Position numbers and translations under genes: made by a program. 64,000 nucleotides of DNA. Source: Thermodesulfovibrionia bacterium (GTDB lineage: Bacteria; Nitrospirota; Thermodesulfovibrionia; JACRGW01). Below the pieces are notes generated by a model that was given only the letters and a program-made list of their open reading frames with translations, was not told the DNA's origin and did no database searches. Below are positions 1 to 8,016 of this stretch, in pieces; within the stretch, counting starts at the first letter, position 1, and the number at the start of each line of letters is the position of its first letter. The stretch lies in contig CAKKSD010000032.1 in the NCBI GenBank assembly GCA_919902995.1, positions 20,336 through 84,335 on the forward strand, written 5' to 3'.

Positions 1-643
1 TCTTCAATCCAACAGCGATCGCCTTTATAAGAAGACTGTCATGAGCATTTATGAAATTTCTCGAGAAATCAAAGTCTGTATGATATTCAGGCATGAAATA
101 TCTTGCATAGGGCCACTGGACAACAAATAGAATATTTCCATCTATTCCCTTCCTTTTCAACTCCGATAACTCTAAAATATGGCGGCTACCACGTTCTGTA
201 ACAGCATCAGGAAACATAGCAAGGGTATCTCCAAAGAGCGTGCAGGTCTTTACTTCAAGTACCAACTGTTTTCTACCTCTGCTCAGTAGAAAATCATACC
301 TGCTCTTTCCAAAACTCACTTCTCTCCTAATTAAATCAACATCCTCAAATCCAGGGATCCTCTTCTCTTTTATCAGTCCTTCAACAAGTGAATTTGTTAG
401 ATGGGTATGGAGGAGTATGGGGATACCGTCCCTTTCGGTTGCTATCACTGTGTAAGAGAGCTTATCTTTCGATGGATTCTTTAAAAGATATAATTCACTG
501 CCTGGAAGAAGAAATTCCCAGAGTCTTCCTGGATTGGGAAGATAGGCTTTTACAGTTTTACCTCTCAGAAAACATTCTACAGTAAATCTGTTCGGTCTGC
601 CCCTGAAGATTGCCTTTTCGAGGTTACCTTTAATCAGATGCAT
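1..643 (-). CDS. sfsA: Sugar fermentation stimulation protein SfsA (5' end of gene complete, C-terminus runs off window)
   Basis: Reverse-complement translation starts with ATG (complement of 641-643): MHLIKGNLEKAIFRGRPNRFTVE... Typical SfsA N-terminus; ~214 aa are visible. Not in the ORF track because it is open at the window edge. Confidence 0.7.
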   Translation of the reverse strand, partial: MHLIKGNLEKAIFRGRPNRFTVECFLRGKTVKAYLPNPGRLWEFLLPGSELYLLKNPSKDKLSYTVIATERDGIPILLHTHLTNSLVEGLIKEKRIPGFEDVDLIRREVSFGKSRYDFLLSRGRKQLVLEVKTCTLFGDTLAMFPDAVTERGSRHILELSELKRKGIDGNILFVVQWPYARYFMPEYHTDFDFSRNFINAHDSLLIKAIAVGLK

Positions 644-710
644 AATGGATTATACCCGAAAATAGACCCTTCACAAAATGTTAGCTAAAACCTATAATAA
701 AAGCGAAAAA

Positions 711-820
711 CGAGATTGCTTCGCTTCGCTCGCAATGACAAATACGAGGGAATTCATTGTGACACTTTATTAAGCGTCATTGCGAGGAGTCCCGATGAAT
801 CGGGACAACGAAGCAATCTA
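711..820. repeat. Composite palindromic repeat (family B: gagattgcttcg..cgcaatgaca / gtcattgcgag..cgaagcaatct) with an inner gtcccgat..atcgggac hairpin
   Basis: Nested inverted repeats read directly. Related copies at 4491-4575 (inverted arrangement), 30438-30508, 63123-63200 and a stem-swapped variant at 55625-55680. Confidence 0.7.
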
Positions 821-828
821 AATAGATT

Positions 829-1344
829 ATGCTAATCTCAAAAGAATATTTAGAGATAGTGAACAGGAACGGTAAAGTAATTGGTATTCGTCCAAGGGCT
901 GAAATACATGGAAATCCTGCGCTGATTCATAGGGTAGTCCATGTTCTTGTATTCAATGGTATAGGGGAACTCCTTCTCCAGAAACGTTCCATGAACAAGG
1001 ATGTAGCTCCCGGGAAATGGGATACCTCTGTTGGAGGTCATGTTAATCCCGGTGAGGAACTCCTTGAGGCGGTAAATCGTGAGATGAAGGAGGAGCTGGG
1101 AATAACAATATGTGAACCAGAGTTTCTCTATACATACATCCATTCAAATCCCTATGAGAGCGAGATCGTCCATACTTATTCTTGTATCTATGATAAAGAG
1201 GTATCTTTTAACAGGGATGAGATCGATGAGGTGAAGTTCTGGCGCCTTGAGGAGATAGAAGAGAATATCGGAAAGGGAATCTTTGGTGACAACTTTGAGG
1301 ATGAAATAGGGTATTATATAAGGACAGCGAGAAAGGGGAAGTGA
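829..1344 (+). CDS. NUDIX hydrolase
   Basis: Nudix box GGHVNPGEELLEAVNREMKEELGI (GX5EX7REUXEEXGU), 171 aa. Confidence 0.7.
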   Translation: MLISKEYLEIVNRNGKVIGIRPRAEIHGNPALIHRVVHVLVFNGIGELLLQKRSMNKDVAPGKWDTSVGGHVNPGEELLEAVNREMKEELGITICEPEFLYTYIHSNPYESEIVHTYSCIYDKEVSFNRDEIDEVKFWRLEEIEENIGKGIFGDNFEDEIGYYIRTARKGK

Positions 1345-1347
1345 ATA

Positions 1348-1689
1348 ATGAAGATAGATTATTATTCCTTCGGAAGAATTACTATCGATGGTAAAGATTA
1401 CTCCTCTGATGTAATAATCTATCCTGACAGAGTGGATTCATCCTGGTGGAGAAAAGAGGGACACAGGCTCGATATAGAGGATCTCAAAGATATTCTTGAG
1501 TCAAAATCAGAGGTCTTGATTGTTGGGACTGGAGCCTACGGAACGATGGTCGTCCCCGGAGAGACAGAGGAATTTCTGAAGAGAAAAGGAATCAAACTCA
1601 TCGCCCTGATGACAAAGGATGCCACAGAAACCTTTAATAAACTCTCAGGTTCTGGCAAGGTGATAGCGGCACTACACCTGACATGTTAA
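1348..1689 (+). CDS. Mth938-like domain protein (DUF498 family)
   Basis: 113 aa, YYSFGRITIDGKDYSSDVII ... LIVGTG pattern typical of Mth938-like fold proteins. Starts 4 nt after the Nudix stop. Confidence 0.55.
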   Translation: MKIDYYSFGRITIDGKDYSSDVIIYPDRVDSSWWRKEGHRLDIEDLKDILESKSEVLIVGTGAYGTMVVPGETEEFLKRKGIKLIALMTKDATETFNKLSGSGKVIAALHLTC

Positions 1690-1713
1690 GGGTTTCTTTA
1701 TTAGATAGAAAAA

Positions 1714-1783
1714 GATGCTGAAACGAGTTCAGCATGACAGAACAAGAGTCAACTTGTCACCCTGAACTTGTTTCAGGGTCTCC
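1714..1783. repeat. Pair of REP-like hairpins (gatgctgaaacgagttcagcatgac + gtcaccctgaacttgtttcagggtctcc)
   Basis: Two stem-loops with GTCA flank. The second overlaps the 3' end of hisH and encodes its last residues. Confidence 0.7.
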
Positions 1784-2452
1784 TGCGACTAACTCTCCGA
1801 ACCCCTTAAGAATCCTCAATCCTATCTCCTGGCTCTTCTCTGGGTGGAACTGAGTAGCAAAGATATTATCTTTCCATATCATAGATGTAAAGGTTATCCC
1901 ATAATCAGTTTTAGTTGCTATTACACTTTCATCCTCGGGTGCAACATAGTACGAGTGTACGAAGTAAAAGTAGGACTGATCGGGTATACTGTCAAGTATT
2001 GGAGGCCTCTTCTTTATATCTATGCTGTTCCAGCCCATGTGCGGTACTTTAAGGATAGAAGGTTCAAGGGAAAGACCTGACGGAAGGGATGGCACAGGTT
2101 CTTTCATCTTTTCAGGGAATCTAACTACCTTCCCCTTTATGATATTGAGCCCCTTACAGACCCCGAACTCCTCGCTTTCAGTGAATAGTATCTGAAGTCC
2201 GAGGCAGATGCCGAGATAGGGTTTACCTTTCTCTATAGATTTTATAACAGAATCTATAAGAGACCCCTTTTCGAGATTCCTCATACAATCAGAGAAGGCA
2301 CCAACCCCTGGTAGGACGATTCCGTTAGCATTAAGAATCACTTTTGGGTCACTCGTCACAATTGCGTTATAACCCACCTTCTCGAAGCCCTTCTCCACAG
2401 ACCTCAGGTTCCCCATCCCGTAATCAACGATTGCTATGAATTTCTCTTTCAT
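1757..2452 (-). CDS. hisH: Imidazole glycerol phosphate synthase glutamine amidotransferase subunit HisH
   Basis: 231 aa; class I GATase signatures GICLGLQ, HMGWN, FHPEKS, with the catalytic Cys in GICLG. Confidence 0.85.
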   Translation of the reverse strand: MKEKFIAIVDYGMGNLRSVEKGFEKVGYNAIVTSDPKVILNANGIVLPGVGAFSDCMRNLEKGSLIDSVIKSIEKGKPYLGICLGLQILFTESEEFGVCKGLNIIKGKVVRFPEKMKEPVPSLPSGLSLEPSILKVPHMGWNSIDIKKRPPILDSIPDQSYFYFVHSYYVAPEDESVIATKTDYGITFTSMIWKDNIFATQFHPEKSQEIGLRILKGFGELVAGDPETSSG

Positions 2453-2462
2453 ATAACTTTAT

Positions 2463-2812
2463 TGGTGGAGGCGGCGGGAATTGAACCCGCGTCCGGAAAC
2501 CTTCAGACATAGGTCTCTACATGCTTATTCCCGATATTGATTCTCGCCTCATCAAACGCCCCGGGAAAGGCTCCTGAGTCGGCCAGTCTGTTAATTCTTA
2601 CCTCTCTGCTACAGACAAAGCAGAAAGGCCAGCCTGATTTATGACGCCTTGGTGGCTGCTCAGACAACAACCATTAGGCGCGCTGCTTTAATTAAGCAGC
2701 GAGTGCCAGTTCTTGATTGGCAGTTAAATGTTTCCCATGTGTTTTACGAGTTTCATGGAACCTCGGCATGCAACCTATAACCTCTCTGTCCCCGTCGAAT
2801 CCTATCGCCCCC
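2463..2812 (-). ncRNA. ssrA: tmRNA (SsrA), tag peptide reading frame ANQELALAA-stop
   Basis: Minus strand 5' GGGGGCGATAGGATTCGACGGGG ... and 3' end GCGGGTTCAATTCCCGCCGCCTCCACCA (tRNA-Ala-like acceptor, CCA encoded). Internal ORF GCC AAT CAA GAA CTG GCA CTC GCT GCT TAA. Adjacent to smpB. Confidence 0.85.
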
Positions 2813-2829
2813 CTTTCTTTACTTATGTC

Positions 2830-2936
2830 ATACTGAACCCTGAGAGTGTCATGCCGAACTTGTTTCGGCATCTTATAATGAATACTTCTTCAAGACCCTG
2901 TCTACGACTCATAGAGAAACGAGTTCAGTGTGACAC
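2830..2936. repeat. REP-like composite element (gtcatgccgaacttgtttcggcatc ... ccctgtctacgactcatagagaaacgagttcagtgtgacac)
   Basis: Same family as 1714-1783, 28935-29006 and 63628-63699. Confidence 0.7.
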
Positions 2937-2952
2937 TTATAAGTCACGGATA

Positions 2953-3435
2953 TTACCTAACCATTTCTTTCAGTGCCTTTTCTGATTCCCTTCTAAGATC
3001 TTTTTCCTTAATAGCCTCCCTTTTATCAAATAGCTTCTTCCCCCTCGCCATGGCGATCTCTACTTTTGCCCTTCCCTTGGACAGGTATATCTTTAATGGG
3101 ATAAGGGTGAAACCCCTCTGTGTAACCTTTCCTGTTAGCTTCCTGATTTCTTCTTTATGCAAGAGGAGTTTCCTCGTCCTTAAAGGTTCATGGTTATAGA
3201 TATTCCCATGGCTGTAAGGACTAATATGACAGCCAATGAGAAATGGCTCTCCGTCCTTGATAATCGCATAACTATCCTTCAGGTTTGCCTTCCCCTCCCT
3301 CAGGGATTTTATCTCTGTCCCCTTAAGTTCGATTCCTGCCTCCAGGCTCTCCTCTATATGGTAGTCGTGGTAAGCCTTTTTGTTTGAACAGAGTACCCTT
3401 TCTTCTACTTTTTCTTTCATATTAAATGATACCAA
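2953..3435 (-). CDS. smpB: SsrA-binding protein SmpB
   Basis: 160 aa with [11 protein letters not shown] ... [14 protein letters not shown] ... GCHISPY. Canonical SmpB, next to tmRNA. The true start may be the internal MKEKVEE (around 3420). Confidence 0.85.
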   Translation of the reverse strand: MVSFNMKEKVEERVLCSNKKAYHDYHIEESLEAGIELKGTEIKSLREGKANLKDSYAIIKDGEPFLIGCHISPYSHGNIYNHEPLRTRKLLLHKEEIRKLTGKVTQRGFTLIPLKIYLSKGRAKVEIAMARGKKLFDKREAIKEKDLRRESEKALKEMVR

Positions 3436-3437
3436 AA

Positions 3438-4466
3438 TTATTGGGGTTTTACAATAACCTTCCCATCTTCTCCCTCCTGCCTTTCAATTTCAATATTTAT
3501 AGAGAGGAATTTTTTAATAAGCCAGATATTCGTGATGAGGTGCTGTGTTATCCTTGAGGTGGTGAAGGAAGACTCCCCTTTTGCCAAAGAAAGATAAGGA
3601 ACTATCTGATCGGCGAGTCTGGGGTCAAGGGCATTTTCTGAACGATGGAAGGCAAGGAACTCCTCACAGGCCTCCTTTGCAACATCTTCTGCTCTCTTTC
3701 TCCTTTCTCCGAGTGAAGAAAAGCCTGCGGTTAAATTCTCATACTCAGCATTTATAAAGAAAAATGTCCCTCTCCCTATCGAAGGGGCATCTATTAACTC
3801 TATCTCAGCATAAAGATTGCTCTCCTTCAGAATCCTCAAACCCTCTGCCTTCTGCCTTTCTGCTATTGATAAAGGAAGATTAGAAACAGCAGAGATTCCT
3901 CTTACCCTGACAAGTTTACCTCTCTCTCTAATGTCTAAAGTAGAAATCCCTTTTACAGGGTCTATCTCTGCCCCTGCTCTCCCTCCTCCCTTTGGGTACC
4001 AACCATATTTATCTATCCATAACCTTATCTTTAATCCAATCCTTTCAAGGATCGGAATAAATATAGTATCAAGATAATGGAATGGTGGGCTCCAGGGTAC
4101 ATGTGTCCCGCCGATAATCTCAATCCTCGATTTCTCAGCAGTAAGGCTTAGAGGCAACATAATAGCCTGCAGCACAAGGGATGTTGAACCGGCAGTTCCT
4201 ATATCAAAGAAATAATCTCCTCCTCTAACCTCTTTAGGGGAAAATATCAGATTCAAAGAGCCGATCCTATCCCCTTCAACTTGGGCATCAGATATCTCCT
4301 TGACTGCCTTTACAGAGGTAAGATGCTGGGGCTGGAGTCCGGGAACTTTTCTTCCCTTTCTGATATTGAATATTTCTATGGGTCTCCTGAGAAGACATGA
4401 CAGAGAAAGGGCGGTCCTCAGAATCTGCCCTCCTCCTTCACCGTAACTTCCGTCAATCCTGAGCAT
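3438..4466 (-). CDS. rtcA: RNA 3'-terminal phosphate cyclase RtcA
   Basis: 342 aa; N-terminus [23 protein letters not shown] is the RtcA signature. Confidence 0.85.
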   Translation of the reverse strand: MLRIDGSYGEGGGQILRTALSLSCLLRRPIEIFNIRKGRKVPGLQPQHLTSVKAVKEISDAQVEGDRIGSLNLIFSPKEVRGGDYFFDIGTAGSTSLVLQAIMLPLSLTAEKSRIEIIGGTHVPWSPPFHYLDTIFIPILERIGLKIRLWIDKYGWYPKGGGRAGAEIDPVKGISTLDIRERGKLVRVRGISAVSNLPLSIAERQKAEGLRILKESNLYAEIELIDAPSIGRGTFFFINAEYENLTAGFSSLGERRKRAEDVAKEACEEFLAFHRSENALDPRLADQIVPYLSLAKGESSFTTSRITQHLITNIWLIKKFLSINIEIERQEGEDGKVIVKPQ

Positions 4467-4490
4467 AGCTATATTTTACCCTAATCCAGT

Positions 4491-4575
4491 CGAGATTGCT
4501 TCGTCATCCCGATATTTCGGGACTCCTCGCAATGACATTTTTTGCGTCATTGCGAGCCGAAGGCGAAGCAATCTT
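4491..4575. repeat. Family B palindromic repeat (cgagattgcttcg-tcatcccgatatttcgggactcc-tcgcaatgaca...gtcattgcgag..cgaagcaatct)
   Basis: Inverted-orientation counterpart of 711-820. Confidence 0.7.
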
Positions 4576-4633
4576 GTCTTTTATCGATTGATTTAGGAAT
4601 AAATGATTTATGTCATAGCCTTTCTGATGAAAT

Positions 4634-5089
4634 ATGTTATTATTCAAAATAAAAAGAGGAGGATCCATGGACAAAACATCAGTATGGTTCATAAAGGCTG
4701 GTATGATATATTTCCTGGTAAGTTCTATCGTAGGTGTGAGCATGGCAATCTGGCCAGAAGTCATAACATATTATAAGGCTGTTCATGCCCATCTTAACCT
4801 TCTCGGCTGGATGTCAATGATGATCTTTGGTATAGGTTATCATATACTTCCTAGGTTCAGCGGTAGACCCTTACACAGCCCTTCTATAGCGAGAACCCAG
4901 TTCTGGCTTGCAAATATCGGGCTAATTGGCATGTCATTCTCCTGGGCACTCATATACCACGGCAGGGCTACAGGTTATACGAGGATACTGCTAACTATCT
5001 TTGGTCTTATAGAGGTTACAGTTGTATTACTTTTCATCTATAATATGTGGAAGACGATCAAGGTGGTAGAACCAATGAAGACCGCCTGA
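4634..5089 (+). CDS. Hypothetical integral membrane protein (4 predicted TM, conserved His pairs)
   Basis: Hydrophobic 151 aa ORF, HAHLNLLGW...GYHILPRF. The start may be the internal MDKTSVW (4667). Family not recognised. Confidence 0.4.
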   Translation: MLLFKIKRGGSMDKTSVWFIKAGMIYFLVSSIVGVSMAIWPEVITYYKAVHAHLNLLGWMSMMIFGIGYHILPRFSGRPLHSPSIARTQFWLANIGLIGMSFSWALIYHGRATGYTRILLTIFGLIEVTVVLLFIYNMWKTIKVVEPMKTA

Positions 5090-5091
5090 TT

Positions 5092-5838
5092 CTACTTATT
5101 ATTAAGTCCGTATATCTCATTCATCTCTTCTGAATAGTTTCCGTTTCTGTCATAGATATAGAGCGGTTTCTCGACCTTCAGTCCTCCGCGTACCCCTTTT
5201 ACCCCCTCTACAAGGACCATCTTCGCCTCTACCCCTTCTTTAGAATGGATGAACCTCAGCCTTTTTGGTTCAAGCTGACATTTTTTCATCCTTGCGAAAA
5301 GCTCTTCCAGTCTGACAGGGTGATAGATAAGATCAAAACGTCCTTTATCCTTAAGGAGTAATCCACTAATTTCCAGAATATCATCAATGGTTACTTTTAT
5401 CTCATGCCTCGCTATTGCCTTTTCTTCTTCAGGACTGATGAGGCCGGTTCTTGCCCTCCTAAAAGGTGGATTTGATACGATTAGGTCAAAACATTTCTCT
5501 TTAAATACTTCCTTCAATTTTTTAATATCCTCTGTAATTACATCTACTCTTCCTTTGAGCTTATTCAGAATCACATTTTTTATGGCTAATCGCGCAAGGC
5601 CTTCCTGCAGTTCGATGGCATAAACCTTTGCCTCAGGATACCTTTTCGCAAGGAGTATCGAGATAATCCCGGAGCCTGCACCAAAATCGGATATATTCGT
5701 GCAGTGAGGAATCTGAACAAAGGAAAACAGGAGAAGGGCATCAACAGAGAAACGGTAGCCCGTCTTTTTCTGGATAATCTTTATATCCCTTATGCTGTCG
5801 AGTGTCTCTGTCTTATCTGAGATTTGCTCGTTTATCAT
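5092..5838 (-). CDS. tRNA (adenine-N6)-methyltransferase, TrmN6/YfiC-like class I SAM MTase
   Basis: 248 aa; DFGAGSGIISILLA (motif I) and NPPF (N6-adenine/N5-glutamine MTase motif IV). Confidence 0.65.
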   Translation of the reverse strand: MINEQISDKTETLDSIRDIKIIQKKTGYRFSVDALLLFSFVQIPHCTNISDFGAGSGIISILLAKRYPEAKVYAIELQEGLARLAIKNVILNKLKGRVDVITEDIKKLKEVFKEKCFDLIVSNPPFRRARTGLISPEEEKAIARHEIKVTIDDILEISGLLLKDKGRFDLIYHPVRLEELFARMKKCQLEPKRLRFIHSKEGVEAKMVLVEGVKGVRGGLKVEKPLYIYDRNGNYSEEMNEIYGLNNK

Positions 5839-5974
5839 AAATTCAATTTTTTAAAAATTATTTTAAATCTATCATTACTATTGGCAAAATACAAGATTAG
5901 ACATTTTCAATCAGTTTGGGAAGGAACTACCCTGCCCCGCAGGGTATCCTAATACAACTACAGAAACAAATATT

Positions 5975-6148
5975 GTCATTCCGGACATACATGCCCTCAG
6001 AGCCATTAATCGAGGGATGCGGAATCTAGGTATTCAGCTTATACGTCATGCCCGAAGTTTTTAATCGGGCATCCAGTTCTTTGATCTTCTGGTTCCCCGT
6101 TTTCGCGGGGACGACGTCTGGATTCCCGATTAAGAACTGCGGGAATGA
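5975..6148. repeat. Cluster of three REP-like hairpins (gtcattccgga..gatgcggaatct; gtcatgcccga..tcgggcatccag; ctggattcccg..gcgggaatgat)
   Basis: Family A: GTCAT + 7-nt stem + spacer + complementary stem + ATCCAG. Stems differ between copies but stay complementary. Confidence 0.7.
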
Positions 6149-6375
6149 TATCTCAGTTGAAACCCTATGGCAAAACCACAAGGAATTATCAAGTTAAATA
6201 GATAAAATTGGTTAATTATTTATTGCCATAATTAATAAATCTAATATTATAATTTTAGTTGACATTAATTATGGATATGTGATACTAATAAATTACAGAA
6301 AGGAGGTGGAAATTTTAAATTTTAATGAATTAAGTCATAGACTATATATGTCTTAAGAAAGGATGGTGGTTTTTT

Positions 6376-7266
6376 ATGAAGCGGTTGAGATTATTCCTGA
6401 TCTTACTTTTTATTTCATTTCCATTAGTAGCTTCAGGTGCAGAAAAGGCAAAGACCGTTGATGAACTTGCAAAGATGTACGATGTAAGCTCCTGCAAAAG
6501 GTGTCACAAGAAGCAATTTGCTGAATGGGAAAAGTCCATACATGCCAAGTCCCTTATAGGTACCGGCCGTACCCTTGGAGGGTTTAAGGGATTCATTACT
6601 GGCGGTCTTATGGGAGCTTTCACAAAGTCAGGTGTAAAAGATGTGAAGGATATAAAGATGGATCACTTTGCGATGTGTTTTAAGTGCCATCTACCCCAGG
6701 CGCTAACAAGCGGTACTGATGAACTCGCCAGACAACTCGCAAAGGCCTTTGTCGATGCTGACAGGGAGACACTCGGAAAGTTGAATATCAACTGTAATGT
6801 CTGTCATACCACTAAGGCCCTCATTCATAAATGGCAGGACGGCGAACCTGAAAAGAATGTCACATATGGACCTGCTTTAGAAGGTGACCATGACGACAAG
6901 ATGACACCTAAAATGAAAAAGAGTGTCGTTATGAAAGAGTCTGTTTTCTGCGGACAGTGCCACGGTACAGGGCCTAACCTTGAATTCCCTCAGCCATCGC
7001 AATGTGGAACGATCTATGGAAGCTATCTCCATGCCTATATCCCTGCAGGTGGTACAAAGACCTGTCAGGACTGCCACATGAAAGGTGGCGACAAGGGACA
7101 TCTCATGCCTGCATATCGTGACCCTGATATGCGGAAATGGGGAATGAATGTAGAAGTCGAGACACTCGGTTATAAGTTCCTTCCAAAGGCAGGGGATCTG
7201 GTTCCAACAGCTGTGGTTACAGTAAAAATGACCAATAAGGCTGGTCATAGAATCCCTGATGGGTGA
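6376..7266 (+). CDS. Periplasmic multiheme cytochrome c (5 CXXCH), signal peptide
   Basis: CKRCH, CFKCH, CNVCH, CGQCH, CQDCH; N-terminal hydrophobic leader; strong upstream RBS aggaggtgg/aggatggtgg. Confidence 0.8.
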   Translation: MKRLRLFLILLFISFPLVASGAEKAKTVDELAKMYDVSSCKRCHKKQFAEWEKSIHAKSLIGTGRTLGGFKGFITGGLMGAFTKSGVKDVKDIKMDHFAMCFKCHLPQALTSGTDELARQLAKAFVDADRETLGKLNINCNVCHTTKALIHKWQDGEPEKNVTYGPALEGDHDDKMTPKMKKSVVMKESVFCGQCHGTGPNLEFPQPSQCGTIYGSYLHAYIPAGGTKTCQDCHMKGGDKGHLMPAYRDPDMRKWGMNVEVETLGYKFLPKAGDLVPTAVVTVKMTNKAGHRIPDG

Positions 7267-7293
7267 CCATCCGCACAGAGGCTGGTCCTGGAA

Positions 7294-7644
7294 GTGACCG
7301 CTAAAACAAAGGATGGTAAAGAGATATTCAGGGACTCAAAGATCTATATGCCACAAGCAACTAACAGTCGTGGTGATGCCATGGTCTATGGTGCCCATTT
7401 CAAGATGGGATATAGTCGTGATACAAGCCTGCAACCACTTAAGACGAAGGTAGAGACCTTTGAGATCAAGTTCCCCTATGAAGATGTAGAAAAAGAAAAA
7501 GGTAAACCCAAGGTCAGGGAAATAAAGGCTAAAGAAATGGATGTGACTGTAGAACTACGTTATCAACTTGACCCTGCTCCAGGTGAACCTGATAAAGACA
7601 GCTTCAGTTACTATAAAGATACCAAAAAGGTAACAATTCAGTAG
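7294..7644 (+). CDS. Downstream ORF in the same frame as the cytochrome, separated only by one TGA (possible C-terminal portion via readthrough, or a separate small protein)
   Basis: 6376 and 7294 are in the same frame. A single TGA at 7264-7266 in context UGAC. No convincing RBS ahead of ATG 7294. A terminator follows at 7663-7698. Confidence 0.35.
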   Translation: MTAKTKDGKEIFRDSKIYMPQATNSRGDAMVYGAHFKMGYSRDTSLQPLKTKVETFEIKFPYEDVEKEKGKPKVREIKAKEMDVTVELRYQLDPAPGEPDKDSFSYYKDTKKVTIQ

Positions 7645-7662
7645 AAATTAATCCTCAGAAAA

Positions 7663-7698
7663 AGCCCACCCCCAGCTTACCGGGGTGGGTTTTTTTAT
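7663..7698 (+). terminator. Rho-independent terminator
   Basis: gcccacccc-agcttacc-ggggtgggt followed by ttttttt. Confidence 0.7.
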
Positions 7699-7811
7699 TC
7701 CCTACCCAATATATATCTTGACAAATAGACAGAGGCAAATATAATGGAGCATTATCAACTTATGTTGACTGTTGGATCTGTATTTCAAAATCCTTTTCAG
7801 ACGGAGATATA

Positions 7812-7952
7812 ATGAATTTCATAGATAATCTGAAGATTAAAAACAAGCTTATCCTTATGCTTGTCTTTCCAATCGCAGGTCTAATTTATTTCTCACTCGG
7901 TGGTATATGGGATAAATCCAAATTAACGAGCGAGATGGTAAGCTTTATGTAG
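7812..7952 (+). other. Short ORF resembling an MCP/sensor N-terminal signal-anchor (46 aa), possible gene remnant
   Basis: MNFIDNLKIKNKLILMLVFPIAGLIYFSLGGIW..., good RBS ggaga 4 nt upstream, truncated after 46 codons. The adjacent frame continues YVDLIRTAKEKNAEM... until the 8017 start. Confidence 0.3.
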
Positions 7953-8016
7953 ACCTCATCAGAACAGCCAAAGAGAAGAATGCAGAGATGGTAACAGACT
8001 CGTTAGGAGACAATAT

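Noticed and set aside
1757-2452. hisH as part of a histidine operon
   Set aside because: There is no hisF, hisA or hisB adjacent; flanking genes are unrelated (Mth938-like, tmRNA). I treat it as a stand-alone hisH; the partner is presumably elsewhere.
2728-2985. 85-aa plus-strand ORF
   Set aside because: It lies over the tmRNA gene and the REP element; the tmRNA call is far better supported.
5975-6148. CRISPR array interpretation of the recurring GTCA hairpins
   Set aside because: The copies are not identical, not regularly spaced, and are individually palindromic and scattered across the window. They fit REP/BIME-like elements, not CRISPR repeats.
7264-7266. Selenocysteine codon in the multiheme cytochrome
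   Set aside because: Not rejected outright but downgraded. The only stem I could fold directly downstream is a 4-bp GGUC/GACC pairing; there is no canonical SECIS-like hairpin with apical GU, and no sel genes are in this window. Readthrough or a pseudogene is at least as likely.
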